This document shows, piece after piece, positions 62,140 to 64,000 of a stretch of DNA of 64,000 bases. A program made the position numbers and the translations under genes. Position 1 is the first letter of the stretch. Every line of letters begins with the position of its first letter. Origin of the DNA: Fibrobacteria bacterium (lineage in GTDB: Bacteria; Fibrobacterota; Fibrobacteria; UBA11236; JADFYW01); contig JBNKOC010000004.1 of assembly GCA_050294405.1 (NCBI GenBank), positions 96,001 to 160,000 of the forward strand. The letters are read 5' to 3'. The notes below the pieces were generated by a model, which was not told the DNA's origin, did no database searches, and saw only the letters and a list, made by a program, of their open reading frames with translations.

Positions 62140-62927
62140 CCCTTAAGGCAGCATAACATCATTTTATAAAAGCCCGGGTATACCCTTTCCAGATAGCCTT
62201 TTGCATCGGTATTCCAGAGCCTTTGGGTTATTTGCAAATGGTCATTTGGTATTTCATAGGGCATTTTTTTTAAAAAAGGATCGTAGGGCAATTCTAAGGT
62301 TATAACCTTAGGGCTCCTAAATTTATTGAAGTTTAAAGTATAACCCGCCCACATTCCCAGTGAACCTTTTATATCCTTGTCTGGGCGCAAATCCAAATTA
62401 GAGTTTCCCATAAGGGTCCTATAAAGGGGCTTATCGTCTGCGGGTAAAGATCTCCACATTTCAAATACTGTGGAGTTTGCATTGGGGGAATCCGCTTCAA
62501 TGTAGGATAGAGCCCAATGTATATTAACAATGACATCGGGTTCCAATTGTTTTATTAATTCTCCCAGGACTTGCGACTCTCTTTCTGAGAAAGCTTTCTG
62601 TCCGTGTTTCCCACCGGGCTTAAATTCCCATAAACAGTTAAAATTGCGGTTTAAATCCACTCCTCGGACATTTTCTCTTTGGTTTAACTCATAGCCCTCG
62701 GGGTTAGCAATAGGAACCGCGCCGACCACTGTATTATTTTGCAATGCACGTTTGGAAATATCTTCCATAAAACGCGTCACAAGGGGAGGGCCTGCTCTCT
62801 CATCCCCATGTATGCCTGCAATAATTAAGCAGCTTGGAAAATGAACCGGGTAGCGCCAGTAGGCTGTTGAAAAAAACTCAAGAGGTTTACCACCAGAAGT
62901 GGTAGCGAGGGTTCTACACTCTAGCAC
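62136..62927 (-). CDS. M14 zinc carboxypeptidase (MpaA-like murein peptide amidase)
   Basis: GIHGDE, NPEG, DLNRNF, SERES, NIH and TLELP motifs. Confidence 0.82.
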   Translation of the reverse strand: MLECRTLATTSGGKPLEFFSTAYWRYPVHFPSCLIIAGIHGDERAGPPLVTRFMEDISKRALQNNTVVGAVPIANPEGYELNQRENVRGVDLNRNFNCLWEFKPGGKHGQKAFSERESQVLGELIKQLEPDVIVNIHWALSYIEADSPNANSTVFEMWRSLPADDKPLYRTLMGNSNLDLRPDKDIKGSLGMWAGYTLNFNKFRSPKVITLELPYDPFLKKMPYEIPNDHLQITQRLWNTDAKGYLERVYPGFYKMMLCCLKG

Positions 62928-63229
62928 AATTCAAATTGGATGGGCTTTCCTCGGGAAAACTGATCTACCAACTCGGCTATTTCCCCCTTTAATTTTGCAT
63001 CGAGGCGCAAAAATTGTACACCCACTTTACACCCACCCACTTGTTCCCGGCAATAAATAACTCTTGCGGAAAGTTTATGGCTATTGAGCAGAAGGTTTAT
63101 TTCACCACCTTCTTTAAGGGATTTTTTACTTAAAAAAGCGGCTCCACTTTCACTTAAATCTTTTAGCCCAAAGGGCTCTAAATGGTCTGGTTTTAAAAAC
63201 TCAATTCGATCGCTGCGTTTTTGGGGCAT
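62921..63229 (-). CDS. Stand-alone PilZ domain protein
   Basis: KRSDR, DLSESG, ARVIY and GVQF motifs. Confidence 0.82.
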   Translation of the reverse strand: MPQKRSDRIEFLKPDHLEPFGLKDLSESGAAFLSKKSLKEGGEINLLLNSHKLSARVIYCREQVGGCKVGVQFLRLDAKLKGEIAELVDQFSRGKPIQFELC

Positions 63230-63365
63230 TTCTTATTCCTTAATTGAACCACCCTATCATTGTACTATTTGAATTTAAAACTTTGGGATGACAATTATGA
63301 AAAAAATTCTAAAAAGGGGAAAAATTTTCCTGGGAGGAATAAAATTCCTATGCTCCCTATTCTTG

Positions 63366-63392
63366 TTATCGGTAATTTCCTTAAATTCCTTA
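63366..63392 (-). promoter_or_regulatory. Possible sigma28-type promoter for the PilZ-M14 operon
   Basis: Minus strand TAAG-N15-ACCGATAA. Confidence 0.5.
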
Positions 63393-63412
63393 AAAAAATA
63401 AAGCATTTTTTT

Positions 63413-63428
63413 TGGAACAGGGTTTGCA
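63413..63428 (+). promoter_or_regulatory. Sigma54 (-24/-12) promoter of flgB
   Basis: TGGAAC-AGGGT-TTGCA with GG-N10-GC spacing. Confidence 0.75.
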
Positions 63429-63441
63429 TTGCTTAAACAGC

Positions 63442-63861
63442 ATGGATTTAAGAAGTTACTTATTTGGTGGATTTACCAGGCAAGCCGTATATAAAAGCCT
63501 GGATGCCAGCGCCATGAGAGACCGCGCCATTTCTCAAAACCTGGCCAATGTTTCCACACCCGGATACCGCAGAAAAGAAGTCTCTTTTGAAGAAGAATTG
63601 AAAAAAGTAATGGAATTAAAATTAACCGGAAAAACCACAGACCCGGCCCATCTGGAAATATCCAAACTGGCCGAATTAAAGAAAACCGAAGCCTATGTAT
63701 ACGAGGCCAATGACCCAACTCTCCCGGGTGAAGTTAACAATGTGGATGTGGATATCGAGGCCTCAAAGATGGCCGAAAACCAAATATTTTACAACTACAC
63801 CTTAAAATTTGCCGGGTTCAACGGATTTAATGCAGCCATAACCGGGCAGCCATCTCAATAA
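63442..63861 (+). CDS. flgB: Flagellar basal-body rod protein FlgB
   Basis: ISQNLANVSTPGYRR and NNVDVDIE..KMAENQ motifs. ATG 63442 is preferred over TTG 63412, which overlaps the sigma54 site. Confidence 0.93.
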   Translation: MDLRSYLFGGFTRQAVYKSLDASAMRDRAISQNLANVSTPGYRRKEVSFEEELKKVMELKLTGKTTDPAHLEISKLAELKKTEAYVYEANDPTLPGEVNNVDVDIEASKMAENQIFYNYTLKFAGFNGFNAAITGQPSQ

Positions 63862-63899
63862 AACCCATAGTCTTGGGAAAAAATGATTAAATTAAGGCC

Positions 63900-64000
63900 A
63901 TGTTAGCTTTATTATTAGTCATTTTATTAATGCTGGCTTCATTAGGCCTCATGATTTTAAGCGTATCGCCGCTGTTTTTACAAGCCATCATAGCCACCGC
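63900..64000 (+). CDS. Start of a hydrophobic membrane protein (3' truncated by window edge)
   Basis: ATG 63900 gives MLALLLVILLMLASLGLMILSVSPLFLQAIIAT, open to the window end. Confidence 0.5.
   Translation, partial: MLALLLVILLMLASLGLMILSVSPLFLQAIIAT

Noticed and set aside
63412..63441. TTG-initiated N-terminal extension of FlgB
   Set aside because: It coincides with the sigma54 promoter, so ATG 63442 is more plausible.

Overview
64 kb of AT-rich (roughly 40% GC by eye) bacterial chromosome, most likely Fibrobacterota. This is inferred from a TIGR02147-family gene with downstream lipoproteins and a giant protein with a FlgD-Ig/Por-type C-terminal tail. It is mostly core and accessory housekeeping DNA: pgi, pckA, oadGAB, ddl, tsaB, rimI, mgtE, an RND pump, SulP, MrfAB-like repair genes, wzc, flgB and tRNA-Glu(CTC). 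I saw no prophage, integrase, transposase, CRISPR array or rRNA. The best candidates for new biology are: (1) a TIGR02147 HTH protein with two paralogous acidic DxDGDG-repeat lipoproteins, whose upstream regions share a GTAAT-N12-WTTAC dyad and a TTTTTGTAATC box; (2) a 921-aa lipoprotein with 15 tandem ~39-aa four-cysteine repeats behind a perfect CRP-type site and a sigma70 promoter; (3) an OadB with an extra lysine-less biotinyl-like domain and a possible ATT-initiated signal peptide; (4) an orphan sigma54-driven flgB, back-to-back with a sigma28-like promoter for a PilZ/M14 peptidase pair; (5) a 110-bp MITE-like element; and (6) repeated signs of leaderless mRNAs. All family calls come from motif recognition, not database searches.
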